Shown here one piece after another: positions 12,387 through 23,608 of a stretch of 64,000 nucleotides of DNA (the stretch's first letter is position 1; the number at the start of each line of letters is the position of its first letter). Source of the stretch: an uncultured Methanosarcinales archaeon (lineage in GTDB: Archaea > Halobacteriota > Methanosarcinia > Methanotrichales > Methanotrichaceae); the NCBI GenBank assembly GCA_963843555.1, contig CAWJKV010000016.1, positions 1 to 64,000 of the forward strand, in the 5' to 3' direction. A model generated the notes under the pieces. That model did not search any database. It was given only the letters and a program-made list of their open reading frames with translations, and had not been told where the DNA came from. The translations under genes and the position numbers were made by a program.

Positions 12387-12653
12387 TCATCTGAAGCGTG
12401 ATCTTTCCTCCTTCTTCTCAGCCAGATATGCCTTGGCCACCTTCGGATCCGTAGCCAGCTCATTTATTCTTTGCTCTGACATCTCCCAAAGCATATCATC
12501 CAATTCGATCTCTTCATCTCTCTTCTGCCACCAGGAGAGGCAGATGCTCGCCGCCAGCTCGCAGGCATCCTCATCAGTCAGATGGAGAGAACTACAAAAC
12601 GCCTCACCCACGCACGCTCCCGCCGGTGCTCTGGTACAGTAATCGCAAGTCAT
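12387..12653 (-). CDS. Small Cys-rich hypothetical protein
   Basis: 88-aa ORF with CDYC..C..C N-terminus, charged C-terminus and GGAG upstream. Confidence 0.55.
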   Translation of the reverse strand: MTCDYCTRAPAGACVGEAFCSSLHLTDEDACELAASICLSWWQKRDEEIELDDMLWEMSEQRINELATDPKVAKAYLAEKKEERSRFR

Positions 12654-12982
12654 TATCGCTCCTAAACTTTAAGATGCTGCTTTCTTCCGATATTTTCTCA
12701 TCAGCATTAGCTCATCCGCTCTAAAGGGATGGACGTTCTATAGAATGACTAAGCTCTATCGTTTCCCAGCTATATAAGGGCATTACATAAACTAGAAATG
12801 TTCAAAGATAGATATTTCATCTCATCTTTCGCGCATTTGGATTCCGTTTGCCAGCACTTCTGACTCCTTCTTGCTTAACAAATCTTTGAAACCCAATGCT
12901 TACCAACGCAAGTAGTATGTATTTATATAGAACCTCAAACAACGGTTAAGTCTAAGAATTGAATCGTTATCGAGGTAATTAA

Positions 12983-14629
12983 TTGGCAGGACAATTTAAC
13001 GGGACCCCTATCTACATACTTAGGGAAGGCAGCCAGAGAACTGCTGGAAGAGAGGCACAGAGATCGAATATCATGGCCGCCAAGGCCGTGGCCGGCGCCG
13101 TAAGAACCACTCTTGGCCCCAAGGGCATGGACAAGATGCTGGTCGACACCATGGGAGACGTGGTAATTACCAACGACGGCGTCACCATCCTAAAGGAAAT
13201 GGATATTGAGCACCCTGCCGCCAAGATGATGGTAGAGATAGCCAAGACCCAGGATACCGAGGTCGGAGACGGCACAACCACCGCCGTAGTCCTGGCAGGA
13301 GAGCTTCTCAAGCAGGCAGAAGAGCTGTTGGAGCAGGAGATTCATCCTACAGTTATTGCAGCAGGCTATAGGGCTGCAGCCGACAAGTCCATGGAGATCC
13401 TGCAGAGCCTGGCAGTAAAGGTCACCGTAAAAGATGAAGATCTTCTGAGAAAGATCGCCATCACAGCCATGACCGGCAAGGGCTCTCAAGCTGCTCGGGA
13501 TGATCTGGCAGTTATTGCTGTCAATGCCGTCAAGGCAGTTGTAGATGAAGACGGCTCCGTCGACACTGACAACATCACAGTAGAGAAAAAAGTCGGCGGC
13601 AGCATAGGAGACTCCGTTCTCATAGGCGGTGTGGTCATCGATAAGGATAGACTCCACCCCAGCATGCCCAAGAAGGTCACCGATGCCAGGATCGCTCTGC
13701 TCAATGCGGCTGTGGAGATCGAGAAGACCGAAGTCGATGCCAAGATTCAGATTACCTCGCCCGATCAATTGCAGGCATTTCTGGACCAGGAGGAGACTAT
13801 GCTCAAGGGCATGGTCGATAAGATTGCAGCCTCTGGAGCCAATGTGCTATTCGTCCAGAAGGGCATAGATGATCTGGCCCAGCACTACCTGGCCAAGGCC
13901 GGCATCTACACCGTCCGCCGCGTCAAGAAGAGCGACATGGACAAGCTCGCCCGTGCCACAGGGGGAAGGGTTGTCACCAGCCTCCATGAGATCACCAAAG
14001 AAGACCTGGGAAAGGCAGGTCTGGTCGAGGAGAGAAAGGTCAGCGATGAGAAGATGACCTTTGTGGAAGATTGCACCAATCCCAAGTCCGTCTCCATCAT
14101 CCTGCGCGGCGGAACTGAGCACGTGGTCGATGAGCTGGACAGGGCCATGGAGGACGCACTCCGGGTTGTGGGTGTAGCAGTAGAGGATAAGATGCTGGTT
14201 GCCGGTGGCGGAGCACCGGAAGTTGAGCTGGCTCTGAGACTTAGAGCCTATGCATCCACCGTGGGAGGCCGTGAGCAGTTGGCCATTGAATCCTTTGCTG
14301 ATGCCATGGAGATCATACCCAAGACTCTGGCCGAGAATGCCGGGTTGGACCAGATCGATACTCTCGTATCCCTGCGCAGCCAGCACGAGAAGGGTGTGAA
14401 GACTGCAGGTCTTGACATGGATACCGGCAAGCCGGTGGACATGTTGAAGCTGGGAGTGGTCGAGCCTCTGCGGGTCAAGACCCAGGCCATCAATTCCGCA
14501 GCCGAAGCAGCAGTCATGATTCTACGGATTGACGACGTCATCGCCTCCAAGTCAGGAGGGCCTGGTGGCATGCCTGGCGGAATGCCCGGCGGAATGCCAG
14601 GTGGCATGGGCGGAGAGGACTTCGAATAG
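12983..14629 (+). CDS. Thermosome (group II chaperonin) subunit
   Basis: [28 protein letters not shown]-repeat tail. Confidence 0.97.
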   Translation: MAGQFNGTPIYILREGSQRTAGREAQRSNIMAAKAVAGAVRTTLGPKGMDKMLVDTMGDVVITNDGVTILKEMDIEHPAAKMMVEIAKTQDTEVGDGTTTAVVLAGELLKQAEELLEQEIHPTVIAAGYRAAADKSMEILQSLAVKVTVKDEDLLRKIAITAMTGKGSQAARDDLAVIAVNAVKAVVDEDGSVDTDNITVEKKVGGSIGDSVLIGGVVIDKDRLHPSMPKKVTDARIALLNAAVEIEKTEVDAKIQITSPDQLQAFLDQEETMLKGMVDKIAASGANVLFVQKGIDDLAQHYLAKAGIYTVRRVKKSDMDKLARATGGRVVTSLHEITKEDLGKAGLVEERKVSDEKMTFVEDCTNPKSVSIILRGGTEHVVDELDRAMEDALRVVGVAVEDKMLVAGGGAPEVELALRLRAYASTVGGREQLAIESFADAMEIIPKTLAENAGLDQIDTLVSLRSQHEKGVKTAGLDMDTGKPVDMLKLGVVEPLRVKTQAINSAAEAAVMILRIDDVIASKSGGPGGMPGGMPGGMPGGMGGEDFE

Positions 14630-14695
14630 GTCCTAACCCTCTCTTTTTTATAGTCTATATTTTTCGATTTTATCGAAGTCTTTCCATAATAAAAG

Positions 14696-15160
14696 CTAAT
14701 TTAACAAATATATTGTGTTATCAGGAAGTTTAAATCGCTGCATGTTTTTATCAGAGGTAACCAGATAGTTCATATCGTAGGCGAGGGCATAGCCGATATG
14801 GACCAGATCCTGTGGTGTCATCCGCTCGTCTTTATATTTCGTATTTAATCTATAACATATTATGGCAACGGCTGGGTTAGGATGAAGGATGTTTAAGTTC
14901 AAACCGCCCCAGAAGGCAATCATATCATGGAGTTCTCTTATGTTATGAGATCGGCCCTCTCTTTCTCCTTCCAGGCACAAGGTAACGCTCTCTCCCAAAA
15001 CTGAAATTGGGACCGAAAGCTGGAACCTCCCTGCATGGCTACTCAAGTGCTGCAAATGATTCTTAATTTCGATAGGATTTATATTTCTCTTTTTAAGAAC
15101 CCTGTGATCTGAGGATATTGAAAAGAAGAAGATATCCGAATCAACGGCTATGCGAATCAT
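14696..15160 (-). CDS. PIN-domain (VapC-like) protein
   Basis: IAVDSDIF ... VLGE ... DLVHIGYA ... LVTSDK acidic tetrad pattern. Confidence 0.75.
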   Translation of the reverse strand: MIRIAVDSDIFFFSISSDHRVLKKRNINPIEIKNHLQHLSSHAGRFQLSVPISVLGESVTLCLEGEREGRSHNIRELHDMIAFWGGLNLNILHPNPAVAIICYRLNTKYKDERMTPQDLVHIGYALAYDMNYLVTSDKNMQRFKLPDNTIYLLN

Positions 15161-15327
15161 TATTCTGGAAATAGGTGATTGATTCTGGCCAGCATCTTGT
15201 CATGCTCTTCCTTTGTTACAGCCCAGACGACCCGGCCATGGAGATCTGTGGCCCCTCCATAGGGCAGTTGGTTCTTGGAGGGATCGTAATATTGCCCTAC
15301 AACAGATTCCTCTACTGCTCCAGCCAT
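15160..15327 (-). CDS. 55-aa putative antitoxin coupled to the PIN gene
   Basis: MAGAVEESVVGQYYDPSKNQLPYGGATDLHGRVVWAVTKEEHDKMLARINHLFPE; TAATG overlap with the PIN start. Confidence 0.6.
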   Translation of the reverse strand: MAGAVEESVVGQYYDPSKNQLPYGGATDLHGRVVWAVTKEEHDKMLARINHLFPE

Positions 15328-15469
15328 GACAGATAATCCGACTTACTGAGTTATAAGGATTGCGAAAATGAGGGACATATTATCGCACCTTTGGGGATTC
15401 GTCTGAAGAAGGTCGGCTAATCACTGCTTGGTCCCATCAAGTATCCATCAAGTAATCGCGTCACCCTGG

Positions 15470-15720
15470 GTGCGGGCCCAGAAAAGAATTATATGCATCA
15501 ACTTCGGGGCCGCATCTGGGTCATAGGGCAGCACGACACCGGCATCGACAGCCTCACGGATAAGCCGTGAGGCGATTGCGTTGTTTTTAGCTCGATGCCG
15601 AACCGCTCACGGACAGAGGTATTAGTCATGTGTTCCCAGTTAACGTAACGCAGGCAGGCGTGCAAATAAACTGCCCGAATTCTGTCTGCTTTGTCCATCT
15701 GTAGATCGCACTCTTGGCCG
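15470..15720 (-). pseudogene. C-terminal remnant of an AlbA/RecG-C-type ATP-binding regulator
   Basis: MDKADRIRAVYLHACLRYV..MTNTSVRERFGI, then after a frameshift AIASRLIREAVDAG..FWA; no N-terminus present. Confidence 0.55.
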
Positions 15721-15855
15721 AATGCTGGATGAATGACAGGGATACCAAAATCTTTTTATCGGATAATGGCAACACATTGCATGTTAACAGCTCACGGGCG
15801 GCGGGGATTTTATCCCCATGCAAATAGCGGATAACCGCTATGCCGCCTGGATTAA

Positions 15856-16449
15856 TTACTTTTTATCACGTTCAATTTTGCTTATGATCATCTCCAGGTC
15901 AATGAACCGATCTGATAGCCGGACCATCTCCTTATTAATGCCCTGACTTTTGAAGTATGCCACTTCCACAATTAACCCTTGCCTCTGAACATCGTCTATT
16001 ACTTGGTGAAAATCAAAGTCCCCCGACACGATAATAGCTACATCATAGGCGTTTGCTGCTGCCAGGGATAGAACATCCGACGCCAAAGCGATGTCTACGC
16101 CCTTCTCGATGAACGTTTCACTGATGGTAACGTGTTTGCAGCCTTCGCATGTGAACTCAGAGGTCCTTTTTCTTCTTGGAATTATCCTGGTTTTTAGTCC
16201 CTGATACTCCAGCATGTGATAGAAGCCCCATTTTTTGTTTACGCTCGCGGCTATTTCTTCATCATTATTTGGGTTGGGATGAATTGATCCATAGTAGTAC
16301 GCCCTCTTTAGCTTCCGACCTTCTGATAGCACTTTCACCAATTTGATGCAATCAACTTGTTTACCCAATCCACTAGCTCCACCATCAAGATTTGAACCAT
16401 CAATAAATATCATCAATCGGTCTTCTGGCATGCTATCTTCATAGATCAA
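15856..16449 (-). CDS. NYN (LabA/DUF88) domain protein with CxxC insert
   Basis: IFIDGSN, EKGVDIALASD, IVSGDFDF; FTCEGCKH. Confidence 0.9.
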   Translation of the reverse strand: MIYEDSMPEDRLMIFIDGSNLDGGASGLGKQVDCIKLVKVLSEGRKLKRAYYYGSIHPNPNNDEEIAASVNKKWGFYHMLEYQGLKTRIIPRRKRTSEFTCEGCKHVTISETFIEKGVDIALASDVLSLAAANAYDVAIIVSGDFDFHQVIDDVQRQGLIVEVAYFKSQGINKEMVRLSDRFIDLEMIISKIERDKK

Positions 16450-16840
16450 CTCAGTTATAAAAGAGAGTAGGTTATGAATCCTTAGGCACTTCTGCCCGCT
16501 TGATGGTTACTCCTGCATTCCCCCGCATCAGCTTTGCATGCAAAGTCCGTTCTGCAAATAAGATCTGATGCCTGCAAATAAAGCTCTGCCTTTAGGTTTG
16601 GACGTCTTTTAGAAAGTCCCAGACTCAATCCCAGACAGAATGATGGAACGATGGAATAAGGGTTCTCTGTCAGGTCCTCCCTCGCTCTGCGGATTTGGAG
16701 GTAGTAGTCTGCAACCATTAGACCATGAACAAATCAATGTAGTTTATGGAGTACGCTTAGAGAGGCTGATTAGCAAATGGAAAGACATGATCCACAGCCA
16801 GTATTCACCTATATTTAAATTAGCATTTTCAGTCGTTCTA

Positions 16841-17185
16841 ACCAAGCCAGCCCGGCGTTGAGGGCGCCCCCCGACCGTAGCGCGGGAGGCCAGCAGGCCG
16901 ACTCGCGGCACCCCAGAAGAATTCGCTGATACTGTCCTTGTTTGCATCTGCAGAGTCCAATATGCAGTTTAATGACATTGGCATATTTTTCATTTAGACG
17001 CAAAATTTTGTCCACCTCTTCCGGGGTTCCGCGCGGTGTTACGCGCTGGGGTGACGGGGCCCACTCCAGGCCGTGGCGGCCCCCCTGACCCCGCGTCCGC
17101 GGGGGACAAATTACTGAAGCTTGCCCTTCATCCTTGAATGTGTTTGAGGAGGTACCTGGTGGAGTGCATATTCGCACAAACGGTC
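16841..17185 (+). repeat. Composite GC-rich element (family A plus family C), copy at island 1
   Basis: A at 16841-16937; C (GGGTTCCGCGCGGTG..ACGCGCTGGGGTGACGGGGCCCACTCCAGGCCGTGGCGGCCCCC.T.ACCCCGCGTCCGCGGGG) at about 17020-17105; both repeated at 43105-43400. Confidence 0.85.
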
Positions 17186-17297
17186 GAATAGCAAAACCTG
17201 ATGACTCCGTTCTCAAGTTAGCCAGAAAAGCCGATTTGAGTGTCCATTTAAGATGATTTTAAGTACCGCGGCAGGTGTAGAGTGAAAAGAGGGGACA

Positions 17298-18169
17298 GTG
17301 ATGGTTGTTACCAATGGGCCAACCGCCGATCTCGTGCGGGAAATGTACGCACGCTTTGGTCTCGCATACTACCATAGCGAAGTCCTGCACAGAGGGCTGT
17401 GCCTTATCCTGGCGATGTCCGATCTCCCACGGAGGGATATGATCACACGTCCACGCGTCGAGGAACACTTCGCCAATGCGTTCTCCCTGACCCTTGGCCA
17501 GGTGATCACCGAACTGGCTGGCAGGATTCCAGAAGAGTATTCGACCCGATTGGAAGAAGTGCGAGAAAAAGGAACTTCCTTGCCCATCATTTTTGGTTCG
17601 ATCGAGCGCACCTGATGTTTCGGGCTGATAACATTCAGCAACTCATTGAAGAACTCGACGGCTACACAGCGATCTTCAGCCGGTTGGATGAGGAAACAAC
17701 TGCGTGGTTTCACAAGAGACAAAATGAACTCGGTATTACAGATGATATGCTTCAGGACTCCATTGCGCGATTCCTTTCAGGCGAGGTCATGGAACCCCTT
17801 CCGTGCAAGGATGTAGTAAAGGAACGAAAGAAGAAACTGAATCAAAAGCAACGTCTCGTTAGGGTATGGGAGTTCGATTCGCCAGATGAAGGAAAGCCGC
17901 TCGTTTTCGAGATGCAGGATGGAACCCTCTGGCAGCTCTGTGATGCTGGTTTGGGATGGACGCGTTTTGAAAACACCGAACCACACTGGGTCGAGCATCA
18001 AGCCGTCAAACCGTACCTACCTGCGGACATCACACCAAGGCCCAAAGACGCCAAACCGTGGGAGTATGAATTCAACCTAAAGGCCGGTGCTGTCCTCTGG
18101 GTCAGACCGGGGAAATGCCCAAAGACCTTTCAGTGGGGCGTCCGAAGAAAGCACAGAGGTTACGTCTGA
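17298..18169 (+). CDS. Hypothetical protein with HEPN-like RxxxxH motif (one frameshift near 17570)
   Basis: Joining the two ORFs gives ..TLGQVI..LEEVREK-RNFLAHHF.. Confidence 0.6.
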
Positions 18170-18429
18170 GTTTGAACCTCTGCGAGATCTTAACATAGAA
18201 CCGTCATGCCTGGCTAGGCACCCATGAGGCATGAAAATGGGTCATGGCATGAAGGCATTCTCAAGGACATCAATCGGATGCAGGAGAGGTTGCATCGATA
18301 TGCTTGAGGCCCATCTTCATATCAAATGCTAAAGATCGACAAAGGAGACGTCAATTTCCTTGCTCCCTGCGTTCGCCAAATTATGTAATCACGGTCGATA
18401 GATTTGAATAGCTAATCTTCACGAGTAGA

Positions 18430-19276
18430 TTGAGGAGATCACCTTTAATGCTCGATTTCGACAATATAGACGATTGGGCATCTAAGCTTACGGCTGCGCT
18501 ACGTCCGTATGTGCCAAATTCTGTTGAACAGAAGCTCATGGAAGCAGAACCAGAGTACATCGAAGATGCACAAGACATACTCTTCGAACTAACAGATCGT
18601 GATGCAGTCGTTGATGCAGTGTTGGCCTGGGTCCGATCAAGGAAGATAGCAGGATATCACGGATCCCGCCTGACAGATGCGGAGGTCGATTCTGTCCAAA
18701 GAATTGGTCTAGTTCCATTGAAAGCAGAAGCTCGTTGTGATCGTCTCATTAATGTTTTGTCTTCTCATCCTAGGTGGTATGAAGTAGAAGACCAGCTCAA
18801 TGCGGTCATTCAAGCCCACGGGCAAGGCAGCTTTGCTGGCTGTCGGGAGGGCCAAGTGCACCTCACGCTCTCAAAGGCTGGTTTGACTAAAGGTTTTGAT
18901 CACCTCACCTACGGGTCTGAATTTGATCAACACGTGGCTCGAAGGCTACTTGGGACAGAAGGGATGGAACTCCTTGCATTCTATGGTGAACCGAGGGTGT
19001 TCCAAGGTCGCAGTTCCAGGTACCTTAGCTTTGAATGCTGCGCATCCGTTTTTTACCATCGAAGATGTCCGGGGCAGAGGAGATGTTCCAAACCTGGTAA
19101 ACGAGTTTCTTAAGTCGTGGTGTTATAGATTAGCCCATCCAAATTTTCCGTCTTGGAAATTGAAGGTTGACTGCGGCATGATGTTCCGCCAGATCATTCC
19201 TGCTGCCTGGATAGTGGGTCTGGAAACGTTAAGTGATAGATACGATCAGAATGTACAGAAGAGGAAGGAGCATTAG
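18430..19276 (+). CDS. Hypothetical protein, possible ADP-ribosyltransferase/Tpt1-like fold (one frameshift near 19000)
   Basis: GYHGSRL..IGLVPL ... REGQVHLTLS; two overlapping ORFs. Confidence 0.45.
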
Positions 19277-19394
19277 GCATGGCAAGGCAAAGGAGATGCC
19301 GAATCATTCGCTTCAGTGGTGGGTAAACTGCGATGCTGAGCTTCCACATTAGGCAAACTGAAGATGGCTCAAGAACCAGCATGGAGACAAATCA

Positions 19395-19434
19395 AAAAAT
19401 TATAGCGATCAGGCCCCATTTCGAGGCCTGATCG
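19395..19434 (-). terminator. Hairpin plus T-tract downstream of glutamate synthase
   Basis: CGATCAGGCC (19406-19415) / GGCCTGATCG (19425-19434) 10-bp stem, followed by a T-run on the minus strand. Confidence 0.6.
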
Positions 19435-19447
19435 ATTCTTTCAAAGC

Positions 19448-21037
19448 TTATGCATCCAATACTTTCAGGGCTTCCTCGCGGCGGGCCTGCATCACGTAGG
19501 GGATGCCGGATACCTTGGCAGACTCTTCGGTGAGGGCCATGAGGTCGTCGCGGGACATGGTGGCCAATTTGAAGTTCCGGCTTCCGGCCATCAGCTGCTG
19601 CAGACCGGTCTTGAACTTCTGGCCGTAGGTGTAGAGGGCCATGGCGCCCAGTGGTATGTCCTTGAAGTCGTTGCCGTACTTGGCCTTCAGCTCCTCGTAG
19701 GCCACGAAGATCTCCTCGGGCTTGGTACCGAACTTGGAGACGCCCTTGGGCAGGTCTCCCTTGGCAATCCAGTCCTGGATGTTCTTGCCGACCATGCCGG
19801 GGATCATGAGGGGGCGGCCCATGCAGACTGCTCTGAAGTGGGGTGCGCCCATGGCCAGAGCCTTGTAGACGCCGTCCTCTGTGGAGAAGCCGCCTGCCAT
19901 TGCCAGGTCCGGAACGCGCATGCCTTTTGCCTTCAGGCGGTTGGCGAACTCGATGGCCAGCGACTGCAGGTAGAATGTGGGTATGCCCCACTCGTTCATC
20001 ATGTTCCAGGGGCTCATGCCAGTGCCGCCCGGTGCGCCGTCGATGGTGAGAAGGTCGAGCTTAGCCTCGGAACCATAGCGCAGTGCCATGGCCAGCTCAA
20101 CCATGGAATAAGCTCCTGTCTTGAGGGTGATGCGCTTGAATCCCAGGTCTCTGAGCCTGTCGATCTCGGCCATGAAGCCGTCATAGGTGACAAAGCCCAG
20201 ACGGGAGTGGCGCTCGAACTCCTTGATGGCGCCATCCTTGAAGGCAGCCTGGATCTCGGGCAGAGTCGGATCTGGAGAGACTATGTAGCCGCGTTTCTTG
20301 AGCTCGAGAGCGCGGTCCAGGGTCTTCACCTTGATCTCGCCGCCGATGCATTTTGCACCCTGGCCCCATTTGAGCTCGATGGTATCCAGGTTGTGCTTGG
20401 AGGAGACGTACTCAGCCACGCCGAGGCGTGTATCCTCTACGTTCATCTGCACCAGGATCTCGCCGAAGCCGTTGTAGAACTTCTTGTAGGTCTCGATTCT
20501 GCGATCCATCTCCGGAGATTTGGTGACCTTGCCCTTGCCGTCTCTCTCCAGTCCCGGGTCTATTCCGCAGACGTTCTCTCCGCAGACCAGAGTGATGCCG
20601 GTGATAGCGGCACCTATGGCGAAGTGCTCCCAGTTCTTTCTGGCGATCTCAGTCGAGCCCAGAGCGCCGGTGAAGATGGGAACCTGCATCTTGACCTTCT
20701 TGGACCAGCCGTACTCGGTCATTGTGTCAACATTCGGGAAAAGAGCCGTATCCGGGTTTGGCTCAACGCCTGCGGGCAGGCCGTCTGCGCCTATGGCATA
20801 TCCTTGAATGCTGAGATGAGAATAATCAATGGGATAATCCTTGTCAGCTCCTGCGGTGATCTCTCCGAAGGGCCCCGGATAGAGTACTTCACGACCCCGG
20901 AAAGAAGCCAGCCAGGTTTCGCATCCTCCCCGGCATCCGTCTAGGCAATCAGAACATATTCCCGACATGGGGACAACGCTCCGCGAGCGGTTAAAAGTTC
21001 CAGTGGCAGCACTGGCATTTGGCCTTCTCAGATTCAT
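19448..21037 (-). CDS. FMN-binding glutamate synthase family protein
   Basis: CSDCLDGCRGGC, GALGS, ELKWGQGAKCIGGE, IDGAPGGTG. Confidence 0.9.
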   Translation of the reverse strand: MNLRRPNASAATGTFNRSRSVVPMSGICSDCLDGCRGGCETWLASFRGREVLYPGPFGEITAGADKDYPIDYSHLSIQGYAIGADGLPAGVEPNPDTALFPNVDTMTEYGWSKKVKMQVPIFTGALGSTEIARKNWEHFAIGAAITGITLVCGENVCGIDPGLERDGKGKVTKSPEMDRRIETYKKFYNGFGEILVQMNVEDTRLGVAEYVSSKHNLDTIELKWGQGAKCIGGEIKVKTLDRALELKKRGYIVSPDPTLPEIQAAFKDGAIKEFERHSRLGFVTYDGFMAEIDRLRDLGFKRITLKTGAYSMVELAMALRYGSEAKLDLLTIDGAPGGTGMSPWNMMNEWGIPTFYLQSLAIEFANRLKAKGMRVPDLAMAGGFSTEDGVYKALAMGAPHFRAVCMGRPLMIPGMVGKNIQDWIAKGDLPKGVSKFGTKPEEIFVAYEELKAKYGNDFKDIPLGAMALYTYGQKFKTGLQQLMAGSRNFKLATMSRDDLMALTEESAKVSGIPYVMQARREEALKVLDA

Positions 21038-21269
21038 TGATCTCCACCCTTTTACAGTATGATCATATACTCGCATTCGATCCGCCTCTGACAACGGCTA
21101 AGGATCTTGGCAGCAGAGCATCTCTTTTTGGTTCTGCCTCGAAATGGATCCGCATAATTAGCCTCTCCTCCGGCAGATCGTCTTTGCGGTCTATGGCACC
21201 AACTGCCTTCCTATTCCACCTATAAATATGTTTTCACAAAGGACCATAAATTATATGAATTTACCTGGA

Positions 21270-21373
21270 GGAAAAGCATTTCCGGTAACAAATATCTTGC
21301 GGTTTCTTACATATGTTTCGTTTCATAAAACTTCATAATTATTATGAAATCTCAGACGGGAAAAAGCTTTTCC
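21270..21373. promoter_or_regulatory. Two NrpR-type operators upstream of glutamate synthase
   Basis: GGAA-AAGCAT-TTCC (21270-21283, N6) and GGAA-AAAGCTT-TTCC (21359-21373, N7), both followed by GGTAA. Confidence 0.7.
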
Positions 21374-21508
21374 GGTAATGATGATCTCTAAAATCGGGAA
21401 TACAAATTGCCCTATGAGGAGAGACCGATAAATTGGCAGTATGGGAGAGAACAGGGGCAAGCAGAAAAGGTTAGATAGAAGCGAGAGAGGAAGGGGGCTG
21501 ATAAGAAG

Positions 21509-22111
21509 ATGATAGCGATAGTCAATTATGGCATGGGCAACCTGTTCAGCATCTACAATGCTCTGGATCGGGTTGGCGGCGATCCCAGAATCGTACCCGA
21601 CCCGGAGGGGCTTGCCGGAGCAGACGGCATTGTGGTTCCGGGCGTGGGGGCCTTTGGAAGCTGTATGGATCAGCTCAGCCGATTCGAGGGTTCGCTCTTA
21701 AGCGCCTTTAGGGAAGGAGTGCCCATGCTGGGCATTTGCATAGGCATGCAGGTGCTCTTCGAAGAGAGCGAAGAGAGCCCCGGCGTCAAGGGCCTTGGCT
21801 GGATAAGCGGAAAGGTCGTGCGACTTCCCGATGGAGTGATGATTCCCCAGATGGGCTGGAACAGCCTGTCTATCAAGCGCCCTGTGGAGATGCTGGAGGG
21901 AATCTCGAACGGAGACATGTTCTACTTTGTGCACTCTTACTACGGCCAGCCAAGGGACAGGTCGGTGATGGTTGCCACCACGGAACATGGTGTGGAGGTT
22001 ACGGCAGCGGTAGCTAAAGACAACCTTTTTGCCACCCAGTTCCACCCCGAAAAGTCGGGCGTCAAGGGTTTGAAGATACTGGAGAACTTTGTGAGGTGCT
22101 TGCATTGTTAG
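21509..22111 (+). CDS. hisH: Imidazole glycerol phosphate synthase glutaminase subunit
   Basis: PGVGAF, GICIGMQ, YFVHSY, QFHPEKS. Confidence 0.96.
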   Translation: MIAIVNYGMGNLFSIYNALDRVGGDPRIVPDPEGLAGADGIVVPGVGAFGSCMDQLSRFEGSLLSAFREGVPMLGICIGMQVLFEESEESPGVKGLGWISGKVVRLPDGVMIPQMGWNSLSIKRPVEMLEGISNGDMFYFVHSYYGQPRDRSVMVATTEHGVEVTAAVAKDNLFATQFHPEKSGVKGLKILENFVRCLHC

Positions 22112-22917
22112 CCCGGCGGATTATTCCCTGTTTGGACTGCGATCTGGGAGTGCCAGGCGGTCGAGTAGTTAAGGGAATCGAGTTCAAACAGATCAGATAC
22201 GCCGGGATTCCATGGGAGCTGGCCGGCAAGTACTACGAGGATGGCGCAGACGAGATAGTCTTCCTCGACATAACAGCATCCCATGAGCGGCGGGAGACTA
22301 TGACAAGCGTCATTAAAAAAACATCGCTGTCGGTCTTCGTGCCTTTAGCCGTAGGTGGCGGCATAAATAGTGTGGAGCAGGCAAGAGAGGTCTTCAATGC
22401 CGGGGCCGACAAGATCACAGTGAACACCTCCGCTCTGAAGCGCCCGGAGCTGATAAGCGAGATCTCAGATCGATATGGAAACCAGGCCGTGGTGCTGGCC
22501 ATTGATGCCAAGAGGCGCTATGGCCAAGAGGAAGGTCGGGAGATGGTAGAGACTCCGGAAGGCCCTTGCTGGTTTGAGTGCTCCTTTTACGGAGGCCGAA
22601 AGTTCACCGGAATTGACGCTATCGCCTGGGCAAAGGATGCAGTTACCCGGGGAGCCGGCGAGATCCTTCTCACCAGCATGGACCGAGACGGGACATATGA
22701 TGGCTTCGACATCCAACTCACTGATGCTGTATCAAAAAGGGTTCGAATACCTGTGATCGCTTCAGGCGGCTGCGCCAGCCCCGATCATATGCTGGAGGTC
22801 TTCCAGAAGACCGAGGCCTCCGCAGCTCTGGCTGCGAGCATCTTCCACTTCGATGAATGGAACATCCGCAATGTTAAAACATATCTGAAGGAGCAGGGAG
22901 TGAACGTCAGGATTTGA
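22096..22917 (+). CDS. hisF: Imidazole glycerol phosphate synthase cyclase subunit
   Basis: [38 protein letters not shown]. Confidence 0.96.
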   Translation: MLALLARRIIPCLDCDLGVPGGRVVKGIEFKQIRYAGIPWELAGKYYEDGADEIVFLDITASHERRETMTSVIKKTSLSVFVPLAVGGGINSVEQAREVFNAGADKITVNTSALKRPELISEISDRYGNQAVVLAIDAKRRYGQEEGREMVETPEGPCWFECSFYGGRKFTGIDAIAWAKDAVTRGAGEILLTSMDRDGTYDGFDIQLTDAVSKRVRIPVIASGGCASPDHMLEVFQKTEASAALAASIFHFDEWNIRNVKTYLKEQGVNVRI

Positions 22918-22941
22918 AGGCTTGGGAGTGAAATATCAAAG

Positions 22942-23196
22942 ATGGGGTCTATAGAGCTAACTCGGGCTCCCTGCAATCAGCCGCTGGAAGTCAGGTCTGT
23001 CAATGGTGACTATGGCTGGGAGAAGAAATTTGAATCTATGGGGATAAGAAAAGGAAAACGCATGCGCATAATAGCCTGCCAGCCCTTCGGTGGACCGGTG
23101 GTAGTTGAGATAAACGGCTCAAAGATCTCTCTTGGCAGGGGAATCGCATCAAAAATTGAGGTGGAGGTACTTGCATCCCCCTCTCGCAAGAGCTAG
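22942..23196 (+). CDS. FeoA family protein
   Basis: SMGIRKG..PFGGPVVVEI.GSKISLGRGIA.KI.V. Confidence 0.85.
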   Translation: MGSIELTRAPCNQPLEVRSVNGDYGWEKKFESMGIRKGKRMRIIACQPFGGPVVVEINGSKISLGRGIASKIEVEVLASPSRKS

Positions 23197-23230
23197 ACCT
23201 AGACTACCCACCTCCAAATTCCCAGAACCT

Positions 23231-23608
23231 TCAGGTTGATATTAGTTGCTTGAGCCTCTGGATGCTCTCCATGGCCTGAGCAGACTCGTGCAGCTTCTCC
23301 TCCTCAAAATGCTTTATGATGGCATCAATGCTCGCTCGCAACGAGTAGACCTTCATCGGTCTCCCTTTGCCTTCGCGCTTGATCTCTTTCTCCTCAATCC
23401 AGTTGTTGTCGCGAAGGGTGCGCATGGCAATGCTCACTTCCGGCTGCCTGAGGTCGGAGCCCATCTCTATCTCGCGAGAAGAGGCTTCATCCACATTAGC
23501 CAGGAAAGTTATCAACGTTGCAACGTTGCGCGGAACTCCCAGGGATCGAAGCGTTTCGACAAATTCCATATCCTTGTCGTCCAGGATCTTTACGGTAGAC
23601 TCCCTCAT
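23231..23608 (-). CDS. Winged-helix transcriptional regulator (ArsR/TrmB-like)
   Basis: SREIEMGSDLRQPEVSIAMRTL, GKGRPMKVYSL. Confidence 0.85.
   Translation of the reverse strand: MRESTVKILDDKDMEFVETLRSLGVPRNVATLITFLANVDEASSREIEMGSDLRQPEVSIAMRTLRDNNWIEEKEIKREGKGRPMKVYSLRASIDAIIKHFEEEKLHESAQAMESIQRLKQLIST

Noticed and set aside
14556..14615. Tandem repeat at the thermosome 3' end
   Set aside because: This is the known GGM-rich chaperonin tail
19838..20944. Long antisense ORFs (also 31282..32220 and 39437..40279)
   Set aside because: Shadows of well-supported genes on the opposite strand
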